A stretch of 64,000 nucleotides of DNA, taken from an uncultured Holophagales bacterium. Lineage in GTDB: Bacteria > Acidobacteriota > Thermoanaerobaculia > Multivoradales > UBA5704. This document shows, in pieces, positions 20,179 to 31,700 of this stretch. Below the pieces are notes generated by a model, which worked only from the letters and a program-made list of their open reading frames with translations, was not told the DNA's origin and searched no databases. The stretch spans positions 320,001-384,000 of the forward strand of contig CAWJGT010000023.1 in assembly GCA_963842525.1 (NCBI GenBank). The letters are read 5' to 3'. The position numbers and the translations under genes are program-made. Numbering within the stretch: the stretch's first letter is position 1; each line of letters opens with the position of its first letter.

Positions 20179-23100
20179 CGGACGGCAGGGGCAGGCATGG
20201 CGTGCCGGGATGGTGGAAGGAGGGGGCCTTCGTCGAGGCGGCGCCAGGCTTCCTGGATGAGGTCCTCGGGGCGCCAGAGCCAGCGCCGGACAGATGTCCC
20301 GACGATGCCCGCCAGCCATCTTCGGTCGGCCGAGAAGGCGAGGCCGGTCACGGAGGTCCCCGTGCTCGAAGTGGGAGACCTTGCGGCGGAGGACCAGGTC
20401 CCACACCTCGGTGGTCTCGTCCTCGAGAGCCGTGGCCGCGTACCTGCCCTGGGCATCCAGGGCGACACGAATCGGTTTCGCCGAATAGCTCGCAACCCAG
20501 GAGGGACAGGTCCCGCGTAGATTGCAGACCCACTGGGTCCCGTCGCGACGGGCTGCCACCAGGAGATCTCCTCGCGGGCTGAAGGCGTAGTGGCTGACCG
20601 TCGAACGCAGCGCGGCGACGATCGGCCGCGATCCGGCGTTGCGGATCACGACAAAGCCACCGTCAAAAGAGGCGGCGAGATGGCCTTCGTCGGCGCTCCA
20701 GGCGAGGCTGCGCAGCATGCCGCTCAGAGGAACGCGCTCGATCCGGGCCGCCTTCCCCCGCTCCAGGTCCAGGGACCAGATCTCCAGGGAGCGGCCGCGG
20801 TCCGGACCCATCATCGCGAGATACCTTCCCCGCGGGCTCATCTCGCCAGCGAGCATGCGGTGGTCTACCGGGATCTCCACGCGCGGACGCTCCTCGCCCG
20901 TCCTGCGGATTTCGATCCGCTCGCGCCCAAAGACGGCGAACAAGCGCTCCTGCCGGTCGAAGCTCACGTTGACGCTGAGCAGGGACGGTGCTGGGACCCT
21001 TCGCCCCGAAGGGATCTCCAGCATCCAGGAGTGTTCCCCAAAATCGCCTGCGAGGTACGCCCCCGTCGGGCTGAACGCGACATAGCCTTGCAGACCGCCG
21101 GAGAGGCGCTGGTCGAGGACCCGCTGCGCGGTCCGGATCTCCCAGACCTGGACACGATCGAGCATCGCCGCGGCGAAATATCTGCCGTCCTGGCTCATCG
21201 CGACCTTGCTGCCAGCGCTGCGTACCCCCAACGGTATGTCCTGCGGGCTCGGCGTCAGGTCCCAGACGTGGACCGCGTCCCTGCCGATCGTGCCGAAGGC
21301 CGCCAGGGAGTTGCCGTCCGCGCTGAATGCCAGGTCGCTACCGCCCCCTTGCAGGCGTGCGAGCTCCGCCCGGCTCGACAGATCCCAGAGCTGAACCCTG
21401 AACCGGTTCCCCGTCGCCAGCGTCTGGCCGTCGGGGCTGAAGGCGAGCGCCTCCGGCGCCTCGTCTCTCATCGGCAGGCGTGCGAGCTCGTGTTTACCGA
21501 GGACATCCCAGACGACGACCTCGTTGTCGGGCCCCGGACCCCGATCGACCAGGGCCGCGGCGAGGTGGTACGCATCGGGGCTCAGGGCGACGACCTCGAC
21601 GGCCTGGGACCACGTGCTCAGCCCCTTCGTCCGCGCTGTGAAGCGCGCGGTTTCTTTTCCGAGGTCGGTGTCGAAGAGGCGGACCTCCTCCGCTTCCCGG
21701 GTGGAGATCGCGATTGCGATCGAACGGCCGGCCATGGCCTGAGCCCTCTCGCGGCGTTGCTCTGGACGGTCCGTAAGGAGCAGACGGGAGGGTGGCTCCT
21801 GCGCCTCGGCAAGGTTCCAGATCTGGACCTCCCGCGCCTCCCGGTCTACGGCGAGGAATCGATTTCCCCCCGCGCTGAATGTGGCCGTATCTCCTTTGTA
21901 GGAGCCAAGCCTTCGGCAGTGCGGGTCCGGCGTCTCCCAGCCGTCGCAGATCCAGAGGGAGCCGTCGTGCCCAGCCAGCGCGAGGCGCCCTTGATGGAAG
22001 GCCATGGCTCGGCATCCCGTCGCCGTTGGATCGGGCAGGCTTCCGGCCCTGTGCAGCTTGCCGGCCAAGCTCCAGACTTCGATCCCCTGGTCATAGAGGG
22101 CGACGAGCCGTCCGTCCGGGCTGAACGCCATGGCCTTGGCCTCGAGACCCGAGGGAGCCCTGATCTTGGCCCTGAGGGGACGCACCAGTTCCATGCCCTT
22201 GCGGAGGGTGCGGTCGGCCTGGAGAGAGGCTGTTCCCAGGTCGGCGAGCCGGCGTAGCGACTCTGCCGCCAGTCGGACACTCTCATGCAGCGAGTCGAGG
22301 TCCCTGGTGCGGAGTGCTTCGGCGCGATTTGCCAGACCGAAGGCCTCAGCAAGGCGCTGCTGATGGACAGCCTCGACTCGGGCGCGGCCGGCATCGCGCA
22401 AGGCGGAGTCCCGGGCACCGCGGGCAGTTTCAGCCTCTTTCTTGAAGAGTTGGGAGTCCTTTAGTGCCTTCTCCCGTTCGCGACGCGCGTCTTCTGCCCT
22501 CCGCGCGGCGATCTTTGCACCCATCCGGGCCCACTTCTGCTCGAACTCGGTAGCCTCCCGGCGCTCCTCGGCCCCGCGGACCCGGAAAAGGGAATAGAGA
22601 GTTGCGACCACAATGATGGTTACAACCGCTCCGGTCACCCACGCGAGCACCTGACGCAGGCGACGGCTGCGGCTGACGAAGTCCTCGGCGCCGACAACCC
22701 GCTGGACGACCGCGTCTGAGACCACCCCTTCTTTCAGTGCAGAGAGTGGCTCCCTCTCCTCCGTGATTCCGCCGACGAGGTCGCGCCAGACCGCCACCTG
22801 GAGCGCCCCTTCGAAGTCGATGGGGATTGCCTGCCTTTCCAGCGGGTTGAACGCCACAATCTCTTTACGGACGTTCTCCGAGGCCGCCGCCGCGGGACCC
22901 GCAACGACGACGAGCATTGAGCTGTTCCTCGCCTGAGATAGGACCCTCGGAGAGACCGTGGTCCCAGGCGGTGAGCCGAGCCGGTCGTAGTAGCAAACGA
23001 GGCCTTCGCGGGCGAGCCTGCGGACGAGGGCCTCCGGATAGAGGGTTCCGTCTCTTCGACCGTAGGAGACGAAGACATCGTTGCCGAGAAGGAACCGGTA

Positions 23101-23187
23101 TAGTTTCCCATAGAGCTTGCCCATGGCCTCGTGCCAGGGCAGCCAGAGGAACACCCGGCGCAGGGCTCTCCGCAAGATGGCATCCAT
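20175..23187 (-). CDS. TIR - transmembrane - coiled coil - WD40 repeat protein (frameshift near 20360)
   Basis: DVFVSY TIR start and SENVRKEI catalytic-Glu helix; TM WVTGAVVTIIVVATLYSLF; many AFSPDG...VWD repeats; the true C-terminus (WLWRPEDLIQEA) lies in the 20175..20495 frame. Confidence 0.8.
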
Positions 23188-23329
23188 GGATGCGAGGAAT
23201 TCTAATCCCGCTGAGAACGCAGCTCACACCGAAGCCGCTTCAGATCGGCTCCATGGTCAAAGAGTCGGGCAAAAAGACATGTCTTCCCAAGATCTCGAAG
23301 AGCGGCTAGACTCGTATTCCGGAGGTTGT

Positions 23330-23890
23330 ATGGCTGAGCCCCTCAAGCGGCTGTTCACGCGCGACGAGTACTACGCGATGGCGGAGGCCGGGATCCTGAA
23401 GCCGGAGGATCGGTTTGAGCTCATCGAAGGAGAGATCTACTGCATGCCTCCGATCGGCAATCCCCATGCAGGTTGTGTCAATCGGCTGGTCCGCCAGTTC
23501 TCCGTCCTGACGGTGGCAGATCGAGCCGTGTTGTCTCCCCAGAATCCGGTCAACCTGACGGACATCTCGGAGCCGCAGCCTGACATCACGGTGCTCCGCC
23601 CTCGCGCGGACTTCTACGGCGAGGGCCATCCGACCCCGGAGGATGTGCTCCTTCTCGTCGAGGTGGCGGACAGCAGCCTCGGGTTCGATCGAAATACCAA
23701 GATCCCCCTGTACGCCCGGTGCGGCATCCCCGAGGCTTGGCTGGTCGATCTGGTCAAGGAGATCCTCGAGGTCTACCGCGATCCCTCGCGAGACGGCTAC
23801 CGGAGCGTCCAGCGGCTCCGCAGGGGGGACCGGATCGCGCCGCTGGCGTTCCCGGATTTCGAGATCACCGTCGAGTCCATCCTCCCCTGA
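23330..23890 (+). CDS. Uma2 family endonuclease
   Basis: FTRDEYYAM, ELIEGEI, EPQPD, VEVADSS, K..LYA..GIPE.W; GGAGG RBS. Confidence 0.92.
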   Translation: MAEPLKRLFTRDEYYAMAEAGILKPEDRFELIEGEIYCMPPIGNPHAGCVNRLVRQFSVLTVADRAVLSPQNPVNLTDISEPQPDITVLRPRADFYGEGHPTPEDVLLLVEVADSSLGFDRNTKIPLYARCGIPEAWLVDLVKEILEVYRDPSRDGYRSVQRLRRGDRIAPLAFPDFEITVESILP

Positions 23891-23906
23891 CCCATATACT
23901 CGCCTT

Positions 23907-24075
23907 ATGGCGAGCCCCCGCGACCTGCAGTCCCTTCGCGAAGCCATCGAAGTTGTCGACCCGCGAGATCCTGGCTCAGCTCCGTCGCCGGATGGACCTC
24001 GTCGAGGAGGTGGTCGGCGCCAAGCTCGATGCGGCTTCTCCCTTCCGCGATCCGGTCCGCGAGGAGGCTCGAACG
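23907..24075 (+). pseudogene. 5' remnant of an AroQ chorismate mutase domain
   Basis: With one frameshift reads DLQSLREAIEVVDREILAQLRRRMDLVEEVVGAK...PFRDPVREE; ends at a palindromic element. Confidence 0.65.
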
Positions 24076-24082
24076 GTTTTTC

Positions 24083-24131
24083 TCCCCTCTCCCGGTGGAA
24101 GGGAGTGCGGATGGGAGAGGGGCCGGGGGTG
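24083..24131. repeat. Half-copy of the 10935-11075 palindromic element
   Basis: GGGAGTGCGGATGGGAGAGGGGCCGGGGGTG is identical to 11041-11071. Confidence 0.8.
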
Positions 24132-24176
24132 CGGCCCGTATTTGGTACAGTTCGCCCCGCCCCCGGAGGTGCCATC

Positions 24177-26057
24177 ATGTCCAATCGCGCGTGCAGGCTC
24201 GTCTTTTCCCTCAGCTTTCTGTTCCTTCTCGCCCTTCCCCTCACAGCTCAACAGCCCGCCTCTCCCATCCCCCGGGAGTGGCTCACTCCGGCCGAGGTCG
24301 CGGGCTTCGAGGCCACGCCGAGCTATGACGAGACGCTCGCCTTCCTGCGCAAGGTCCAGACCCGCCTGCCCGCGATGTACATCGGCACCTACGGCAGCTC
24401 CGGCGAGCACCGGCCGCTCCCCTTCGTCGTCGTCTCCAAGGACAAGGCCTTCACCGCCGACAAGGCCCGCCAGCTCGGCAAACCGATCGTCATGATCCAG
24501 AACGGCATCCACGCGGGCGAGATCGACGGCAAGGACGCATCCCTGATGATCCTCCGCGACATGGCCCTGGGCCGCCATGAGGAGATTGCGGAGATCCTCA
24601 ATGCCGTGACCCTGGTGATCGTGCCGATCTACAACGTCGACGGCCACGAGAAGGTCTCGCCCTACAACCGGGCAAACCAGGACGGGCCGCGCAAGGGCAT
24701 GGGCTTCCGGACCACCAGCAACGGGCTCGACCTCAACCGCGACTACCTGAAGCTCGCCTCCGAGGAAGCCCGCGCCCTGGTCGGCCTGATCGCGGACTGG
24801 CGCCCCCATCTCTTCGTGGACAACCATGTCACCGACGGGGTCGACCACGACTGGGTGCTGACCTGGTCCTGGGCCGAGGCGCCGCAGAGCCCGGCGCCGG
24901 TGGACGCGTGGATGCGCGCCCATCTGCCCGCCGCGCTCGCCAACACCGAAAAGGCCGGCCACCGCACCGGGCCGTACGTCGACTTGAAGGACCGCAACGA
25001 TCCCGCCAAAGGGTTCAGCTCCTGGGTCGGCGGGCCTCGCTATTCGTCCGGCTACCTGCCGCTCCGCAACCGCGCCGCGGTCCTGGTGGAGACGCACTCG
25101 TACAAACCCTACCGGCAGCGGGTGCTCGCCACGCGCGACTTCCTGGTCACCCTCCTCCTGGAGGCGGCGAACGACCCGCAGAGTCTGCGCAAGGCGGTCG
25201 CCGACGCCGAGGCCGCCACCGTGGCGATGGGACGGCCGGACGCTCCGCCCTCCGAGGTCGCCGTAGCGTACGACGAGAGCGAAACCGCGGACCGCATCCG
25301 CTTCCCCGTCTATGCCTGGGACATGAAGACCTCGGCCGTGACCGGCCAGCCGCTCCTGGTCTACCGCCGCGGCGAGGTCAAGGAGATCGAGGTCCCCTGG
25401 TACCACGCTCCGAAGGTGGCCAAGGCACTCCCCCGCCCGCGAGGCTACCTCGTGCTCCCCGGCTGGCCGCAGATCGAGCAGCGCCTGCAATGGCATGGGC
25501 TTCGATTCGAAAAGCTGACCGCGCCCGCCGAGCTCGAGGTCGAGACGCTGCGCGTGTCGAATCCCGATCCGGCCGATGGTCCCTACCAGGGCCTGACCCA
25601 GGTCTCGGCCCAGGTCGAGCACAGGACCGAGCGCCGGAAGATCCCCGCCGGCGCGCTCTGGGTCCCGGCCGACCAGCCCGACTTCGCCGTCGCCGTGCAC
25701 CTACTGGAGCCCGAGAGCCCCGACTCGCTCTTCGCCTGGGGTCTCCTCTCCACCGTCTTCGAACAGAAGGAGTACATGGACGCGAGGGTCCTGGAAGGGC
25801 ACGTGGCCGAGATGCTGAAGGACCCCAAGGTCGCCGCCGAATGGCAGGTCGCCCTCAAGGACGAGAAGCTCGCCGGCAATCCCTTCGCCCGCTATCGTTG
25901 GTGGTATCTGCGGACGCCGTATTGGGATGAGGCCGTGGGGCTGGTGCCGGTGTTCCGGGTCCTCAGTCCCTGGAATCCTTCAGCCCGGCCGGCGAAAACG
26001 GGACAGCACAAACCCTACGCCACCGGCGAGAAGCAAGACTCCGCCCATCAACCATGA
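24177..26057 (+). CDS. M14 zinc carboxypeptidase family protein, secreted
   Basis: Signal peptide; GIHAGEIDG (HxxE), DLNRD and DNHVT zinc ligand motifs. Confidence 0.9.
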   Translation: MSNRACRLVFSLSFLFLLALPLTAQQPASPIPREWLTPAEVAGFEATPSYDETLAFLRKVQTRLPAMYIGTYGSSGEHRPLPFVVVSKDKAFTADKARQLGKPIVMIQNGIHAGEIDGKDASLMILRDMALGRHEEIAEILNAVTLVIVPIYNVDGHEKVSPYNRANQDGPRKGMGFRTTSNGLDLNRDYLKLASEEARALVGLIADWRPHLFVDNHVTDGVDHDWVLTWSWAEAPQSPAPVDAWMRAHLPAALANTEKAGHRTGPYVDLKDRNDPAKGFSSWVGGPRYSSGYLPLRNRAAVLVETHSYKPYRQRVLATRDFLVTLLLEAANDPQSLRKAVADAEAATVAMGRPDAPPSEVAVAYDESETADRIRFPVYAWDMKTSAVTGQPLLVYRRGEVKEIEVPWYHAPKVAKALPRPRGYLVLPGWPQIEQRLQWHGLRFEKLTAPAELEVETLRVSNPDPADGPYQGLTQVSAQVEHRTERRKIPAGALWVPADQPDFAVAVHLLEPESPDSLFAWGLLSTVFEQKEYMDARVLEGHVAEMLKDPKVAAEWQVALKDEKLAGNPFARYRWWYLRTPYWDEAVGLVPVFRVLSPWNPSARPAKTGQHKPYATGEKQDSAHQP

Positions 26058-26252
26058 AAGCCAGACCAGCAGACCGAAGCCGAGGGAGTTGCCTCCCTCC
26101 GGGCCGAAGGTGCGATCCAGCAAGAGCGGGACCGGACCTCCGATCATCAGGAGAACGCCGAGCACAAGCAGGGTCCAACTCGCGCCCCTGACGATCTTCG
26201 GGGTTTCGCCTTCCGGCGGGCTCGCCTCTTGATCGCTGTCGCTCGTGCTCAT
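25980..26252 (-). CDS. Small two-TM membrane protein
   Basis: 90 aa from ATG at 26252; two hydrophobic helices and a basic tail. Confidence 0.6.
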   Translation of the reverse strand: MSTSDSDQEASPPEGETPKIVRGASWTLLVLGVLLMIGGPVPLLLDRTFGPEGGNSLGFGLLVWLSWLMGGVLLLAGGVGFVLSRFRRPG

Positions 26253-26339
26253 GGTGGTACAGGGGTGCAGTATAGACTCCCCCGCCAATGACGATCTGCG
26301 TCCTCGGCGCTTGGACCGGCGGCCGTCTTCTCTCACCTC

Positions 26340-27716
26340 ATGCCACGAAAAAAACTGCTCAGCCGGTTGGCCGCCCTGGATCCCCTGATTCCTGAAGCCT
26401 GCCTGACGCTGCTCTGGACCTGCTTCGAGGAGGTTGGGCTTTCCGCCGTGGAAAACGCCATGCGATCGAGGAGGATTCATCCCATACGGCTCGAAGCACA
26501 CCGCCCATCTGGGAGATCCATTCGCGATCTCCTGTCCGCCGGCGTCGAGGATCTGCGGGCCGCCGGTAACGCGGAGGACTTCGACCTGCTTGCCCTACGC
26601 TGGCTGAAATGGCTTGATATCTGGCTGGGGGAGGGAGAACTCGAGGACTTCGAGAGTGACAGATTTACAGGGCTCGACGGAAGGCTCTATGCCGTACGGC
26701 GCCGTAACGCCTTCCTCGCCTCCCACTACGAGGGATCAGGGGTCGCCGTTCGATGGAGCGCACATCAGGGCCTCTCCCTTGCGGCTTATTGCCGCAACTT
26801 CGTCGTCGTCCCCTGCGAGCCAGTGCACGGGCTACGCATCGTGCCGCGCGCTGCAGCCCGCTGGGGTACACCCTATCTGCACGACCGGCTTCGGATGGAG
26901 AGCGAGGATCTGCGGATCATGCTCTGGCCCCTCCGAACGGCTCTGGACTACCCCTCTCTCGCCGCTCTCCAGAGCTCTCCTCCGCCGACGTTCCTCAGCT
27001 TCGATCAGATCCGGAACGAGCCCGAACTCCAGGATGAGGTGCTGCAAGCGCTCACCATTGCCCGCCACGAGAGAGCGACGGTTCTCGTCTTTCCCGAGCT
27101 CGCGATTCCCCCGACCACGGAGCAAGGGATCCGACGCACCCTGGCCGGCCACGGCGTGGACGGCCACCCCATTCTCACCCTTTTCGGATGCTGCCACCGC
27201 CCGAACAGCCGGGGGGATCTTGACCTGAACGAGGCGGTTCTCCTCGGGTCGGACGGCTCCGAGCTCCACCGGCACCGCAAGCTCGCTCCGTTCACCGACT
27301 ACTCTTTCGGAGAGGAACACCCTTGTGGAGAAAGGCTGGAGCTCGGAACGGACGTGACCGTCCTGGAATCGGCACTCGGCAACCTCACACCGCTGATCTG
27401 CCTCGATCTGCTGAATGGGAGCGTCGCCGAGGCCCTCTACCGGAGTCACGCGAACCTCTTCGCCGTCCCTTCCCTCAGCCAAGAGACCAGGGCCCACCGG
27501 AGCGCCGCAAAGCGGCTCCAGGTGAGCCTTCAGGCTAGCACCTTCGTCTGCAACCGGTGGGTTGCCGCCCTTTCGGAGGAGCGCACGAGCTTCTTCCAGA
27601 TCCCGCGCCAGCAAGGTCTCGTCTGTCACCTCCCCGATCGCAGCGACAAGCCATACCTCCTCTTCGATCTTTCCGAGAGCCCAGGGGTGGACAAGTCAAC
27701 AATCCGGCAAGTATGA
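26340..27716 (+). CDS. Carbon-nitrogen hydrolase (nitrilase-fold) protein with long N-terminal extension
   Basis: E-K-C triad in VLVFPEL, HRKLAPF and PLICLD. Confidence 0.8.
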   Translation: MPRKKLLSRLAALDPLIPEACLTLLWTCFEEVGLSAVENAMRSRRIHPIRLEAHRPSGRSIRDLLSAGVEDLRAAGNAEDFDLLALRWLKWLDIWLGEGELEDFESDRFTGLDGRLYAVRRRNAFLASHYEGSGVAVRWSAHQGLSLAAYCRNFVVVPCEPVHGLRIVPRAAARWGTPYLHDRLRMESEDLRIMLWPLRTALDYPSLAALQSSPPPTFLSFDQIRNEPELQDEVLQALTIARHERATVLVFPELAIPPTTEQGIRRTLAGHGVDGHPILTLFGCCHRPNSRGDLDLNEAVLLGSDGSELHRHRKLAPFTDYSFGEEHPCGERLELGTDVTVLESALGNLTPLICLDLLNGSVAEALYRSHANLFAVPSLSQETRAHRSAAKRLQVSLQASTFVCNRWVAALSEERTSFFQIPRQQGLVCHLPDRSDKPYLLFDLSESPGVDKSTIRQV

Positions 27717-27733
27717 TGTCACCTGGTTGAGAG

Positions 27734-28705
27734 ATGATTGTCATGCTAGCAAGCCCGCCCATTCTCCTCGCGCTTTCGGTCTTCCGGGATGCTCCGCCCT
27801 CCGAGGTGGCGGACCTGCTCGAAAGAGCGGCTACCGAGCCGCAGGAGGAGGCGCTCTCGGCTCTTTCGGCTCTGCTGATGAACCGGACGCTGCGTCTGTT
27901 GCGCCAGGGATCGCGGCAGGAGATCCTCGAAGAGTCCTTGATGCTCAACCGCTTCCTGGCGATAGACGCCGGAGACCGGTTGCGGCGAGCTCGCCTCGAT
28001 GTGTCCAGCCGCTGGGCCGCTCTGGGAGAGCTCCTCTCGGGGGCCGCGCGCTCAACGAGCCGGGCGGCGGTCCCCTCGATCCTGAAGAGCACGCGGGGGC
28101 GCGGTCAGGAAATCCTGGAGCTGCTGGCCGGCGAGGGGCGTCCAGTCCCCCGGTCGGAGGTCAAGCGGCGCCTCGGCCTCGCGGAATCCCACCTCTCGCA
28201 CCTTCTCCGCGACTTGGAGGGAGCCAACCTTGTCGTCCGCTATCGCCCAGAGGGTGGAAAAGAGGTCCTAGTGGCCCTCGGCCCGGCCGGAGAGGAAGTG
28301 GTCGACGAGTCGGTATTGCCACCCTGGATCGAGAGGTTGGCAGAGGCTCTCGCCGCGGTCTCCCGCGGCGTTCGGATCGACGGAGAGGAACTCGCCCGAA
28401 GCCTGCACGACTCGGGCGCCCCATCCCGGCTCGCAGCCGGCAGGCTGGCCGAGGCGTTGGGGAAGCTGAGCCTCCCTTCCGAAGCTCCCGCCACCGGTTA
28501 TGCCGCAGCAGAGGACACAGATTCACCAGCTTCCGAGGCTGGGCAACGTCGCGAGGCTGCTCGCCGGACAACAGAGCGGGTAAAGGAAACGAACCCGCAC
28601 TTTGCCAACGTGCTGACCTTTCAGCGCGAACGGCGACCCGGCGCTCTCTTCTCCGCACCCGAGCCTGATGCGGGGCCGCGCTCGGCCGGTGCCGACGGCC
28701 GATGA
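27734..28705 (+). CDS. Winged helix-turn-helix (MarR-like) domain protein
   Basis: EILELL...RSEVKRRLGLAESHLSHLLRDLEGANLVVR...GKEVLVAL is a wHTH pattern; helical flanks. Confidence 0.75.
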   Translation: MIVMLASPPILLALSVFRDAPPSEVADLLERAATEPQEEALSALSALLMNRTLRLLRQGSRQEILEESLMLNRFLAIDAGDRLRRARLDVSSRWAALGELLSGAARSTSRAAVPSILKSTRGRGQEILELLAGEGRPVPRSEVKRRLGLAESHLSHLLRDLEGANLVVRYRPEGGKEVLVALGPAGEEVVDESVLPPWIERLAEALAAVSRGVRIDGEELARSLHDSGAPSRLAAGRLAEALGKLSLPSEAPATGYAAAEDTDSPASEAGQRREAARRTTERVKETNPHFANVLTFQRERRPGALFSAPEPDAGPRSAGADGR

Positions 28706-31700
28706 TCGTCACCTTCTATTCGTTCAAGGGCGGAGTCGGACGCAGCTCAGCTCTCGTCGAGGTCGCAGCACAGCTTGCCGCGCAAGGGCGGTCGGTCGTC
28801 GTCTGGGATCTGGACCTCGAAGCCCCGGGCCTCCAGAAAATGCCCGACCTCCAGTCGCTCGACCAGCGGCTCGAGATCGGTAGCCTCGACCTGCTCCTGG
28901 AATTTCAGAAGAACAACTACACCCTTCCCAGGGAAGGCGCTCTCCGTCGGGCCGTGATCGACCTTCCTCTCTACGGCCGGCTGGCGAAAGCGCAGGGGAG
29001 GCTCTCCTTCTTGCTTCCCGCCCGGCTCGACGACGGGTATGCAGCCAAGTTCAGCCAGGTGGACTGGGCGGCTCTCTTCGAACCGGAGGGAGCGGGCCCG
29101 GCGTTCTTTCACAGTCTCGCCGGCTCTCTCCTTCAAGAGCTGGGCTACGAGATCGTCCTCGTCGATTCGCGGACCGGTTATACCGACCTCGGAGCGGTCT
29201 GCACCTTACAGCTCCCCGACCTCGTGGTGCTCGTCTTCAACTTCAACGAGCAGAACCTCGCAGGCATCGAACGCGTCCATCTGGCCGTCACTCAGACCCC
29301 GGCGCGCCATTCGGGGACCATCCCGGTCTTCCTCCTGGCGAACATGCTCCCGGACCGGCCCCGCGAGCTGTACGCTCGGAAGAAGGAGGCCCTCGCCGCC
29401 AAGGGGCTCCGTCCGCACGCCGAAGTGATCCTCCGGCCCGAGCTTCTCCTGAGCGATCGAGTACCGACTCTGGCGGGGATGGACGAGGCCGCAGCGGCTC
29501 TGCGGCCCGTCGTCGAGGAGATCGAGAGTCGGATGCGCGAGCTCGAGGCCACGGCGGAGGCCGAGGCCCGCAGCCGGCTGAGCCGCGCAAAGTCGAGAGG
29601 CGACGAAGAGGAGCTCGAAACTTTGCGCCGGCGCGGCATCTACGAGAAGGCCAAGACTTTCGAGGACAAGGTCGCGGAGCTCTTCGCCCTGCTCGGCTAC
29701 CGCACGACGGTCGACTATAAGCGGGACGACCTCCAGCTCGACATCCGCCTGGAGGCGTCGTTCGGGTCCCTGCCGATCCATGCCCTCGTGGAGTGCAAGG
29801 ACACCGAACGGCCGGTCACGCAACAACAGGTCCGGGACTTTGCCTCCAAGGTGGAGTACGTGAGCCGGGTCGACAAGCGGCCGTATCAAGCCATCCTGGT
29901 CGCCCGCTCGGCCTTTGCAAATAACGCCCATACGGTGGCTGAGAACTTGCACGTTAACCTCCAGACCTTTCAGCATCTCCTCCTCTCTCTCGTCGATCTC
30001 CGTCCGAATCTGGAGGCGGCGACCCGAGCTTTCCAGGGAACACCCTTGGAGCGGCTCTACGTCGAGCAGAGCGTAGTGCTGGAGGCGGACATCCGGCCCG
30101 GCGAGGATCTCCACCCGCGTGGGCTCACCGACACGGTCCTCCAGTGGCTCGATCAGCCGGGAGACACTTTCCTAACTCTGCTCGGCGACTTCGGGTGCGG
30201 CAAGACGAGCTTCTGCAAGAGGCTTGCATGCGAGTTGGCCCAGCAGGCCAAGGAACGGCCGGACCAGGTCCGGACACCGGTGCTCATCGATCTGCGGGAA
30301 GGAGGCTCGACGACGGTCACGCTGGAAAACCTCCTCACCTATCACTTCCAGCGCCTCTCTTCGCAGCCGTTCAACCCCCAGGCCCTGCTCCACCTGAACC
30401 GGGAGGGCTACCTCCTCCTGATCTTCGACGGTTTCGACGAGACGATCGCCTATTCGGAACCGGGCCGCTATGTCGAGAACCTGCGGCAGATCCTGCGCGC
30501 CGCCGAGGGGAAGGCGAAGGTTCTTCTCACCTGCCGCACCCACTATTTCCGAGACCGCCCGGAGGCGCTGCGGCGCCTGGGCAAGGCGCCGGAGATTCCG
30601 ACGACGACCGGGGCGACCCGGCTTTACGAGGAAATCCAGGAGCGACCCGGCGCCGAGGTCGGCTATGTCCTTGAATTCGGTGAGGAACAGGTCCGGGAAT
30701 ACCTGCGTAAAGCCCTTCCGCCGCCAGCGGACCCGGAGGCGTTTCGCGAGCAGATCCGGCGTAGATACAACCTGGAAGACCTCGCCCAGCGTCCGGTCCT
30801 CTTGGAGATGATTGTCAAGACGCTGCCGCGGCTCACCGCCTTTGGCAATGGTGAGGTCTCGATTGCGGATCTCTATGAAGCCTATTGCGAGGGATGGTTC
30901 CAGCATACTGACTTCCGTCTCACCCTGACGCGGGAGCGCAAGGTGGCCTTGGTGGAGTACCTGGCGCGCTTGATCTGGGACTCCCCCGAGAACCGCGTCC
31001 ACTACGAGGTGCTGTCCGAGAAAGCGGCCGAGTTCTTCAAGGACCGTCCCTTCACGGTCTTCGAGCGGGAGCGTGTGGACTACGAGGTGCGCACGGCCCT
31101 CTTCCTCCGCCGCGACGCCGAGGGCCACTACTCTTTCATTCACCGCTCATTCCTCGAATTCTTCATCGCTCGCACTCTGCGGGCCGGGCTCGTAGCAGGG
31201 AATCCGGGCTGCCTGGACCTGCGCCGGCTGACGCGAGAGGTGGTCTTCTTTCTGGAGCTCTGGGCGGAGGCACAAAGGATTCCTGACCTCAGTTGCAAGG
31301 TGTTGGAGCAGGATTACCGGCCCCGGATCTCCGAAAACGCGCTTCTCCTGCTCTACCTCCACGCCCGGGCATCTCTGGGGCCGCTCCTTGGCACGGGTGC
31401 GGAAGGGGATGACGGGCAAGCAGACCTGGGAAGGGTGCGGGAGGTATTTCAGCGGACACGTCCAAGAGCTCTTCGGCTCGAAGGAGCGGACCTCGAAGGA
31501 GTGATGCTGGCCGGGGCGGATTTGAGCGGGGCCTCGCTCATCGCGGCCCGGCTGGCCGGGGCGGACTTGCGGGAGGCCTCTCTCGACGGTGCCTGCCTCG
31601 CGAGAGCATTCCTCTCTTCCGCCGACCTAAGGCGTGCTTCGGCATTGAACGCGGATTTCAGTGAAGCCAATCTGGATCACGTGGATGCCCAAGAGGCGAT

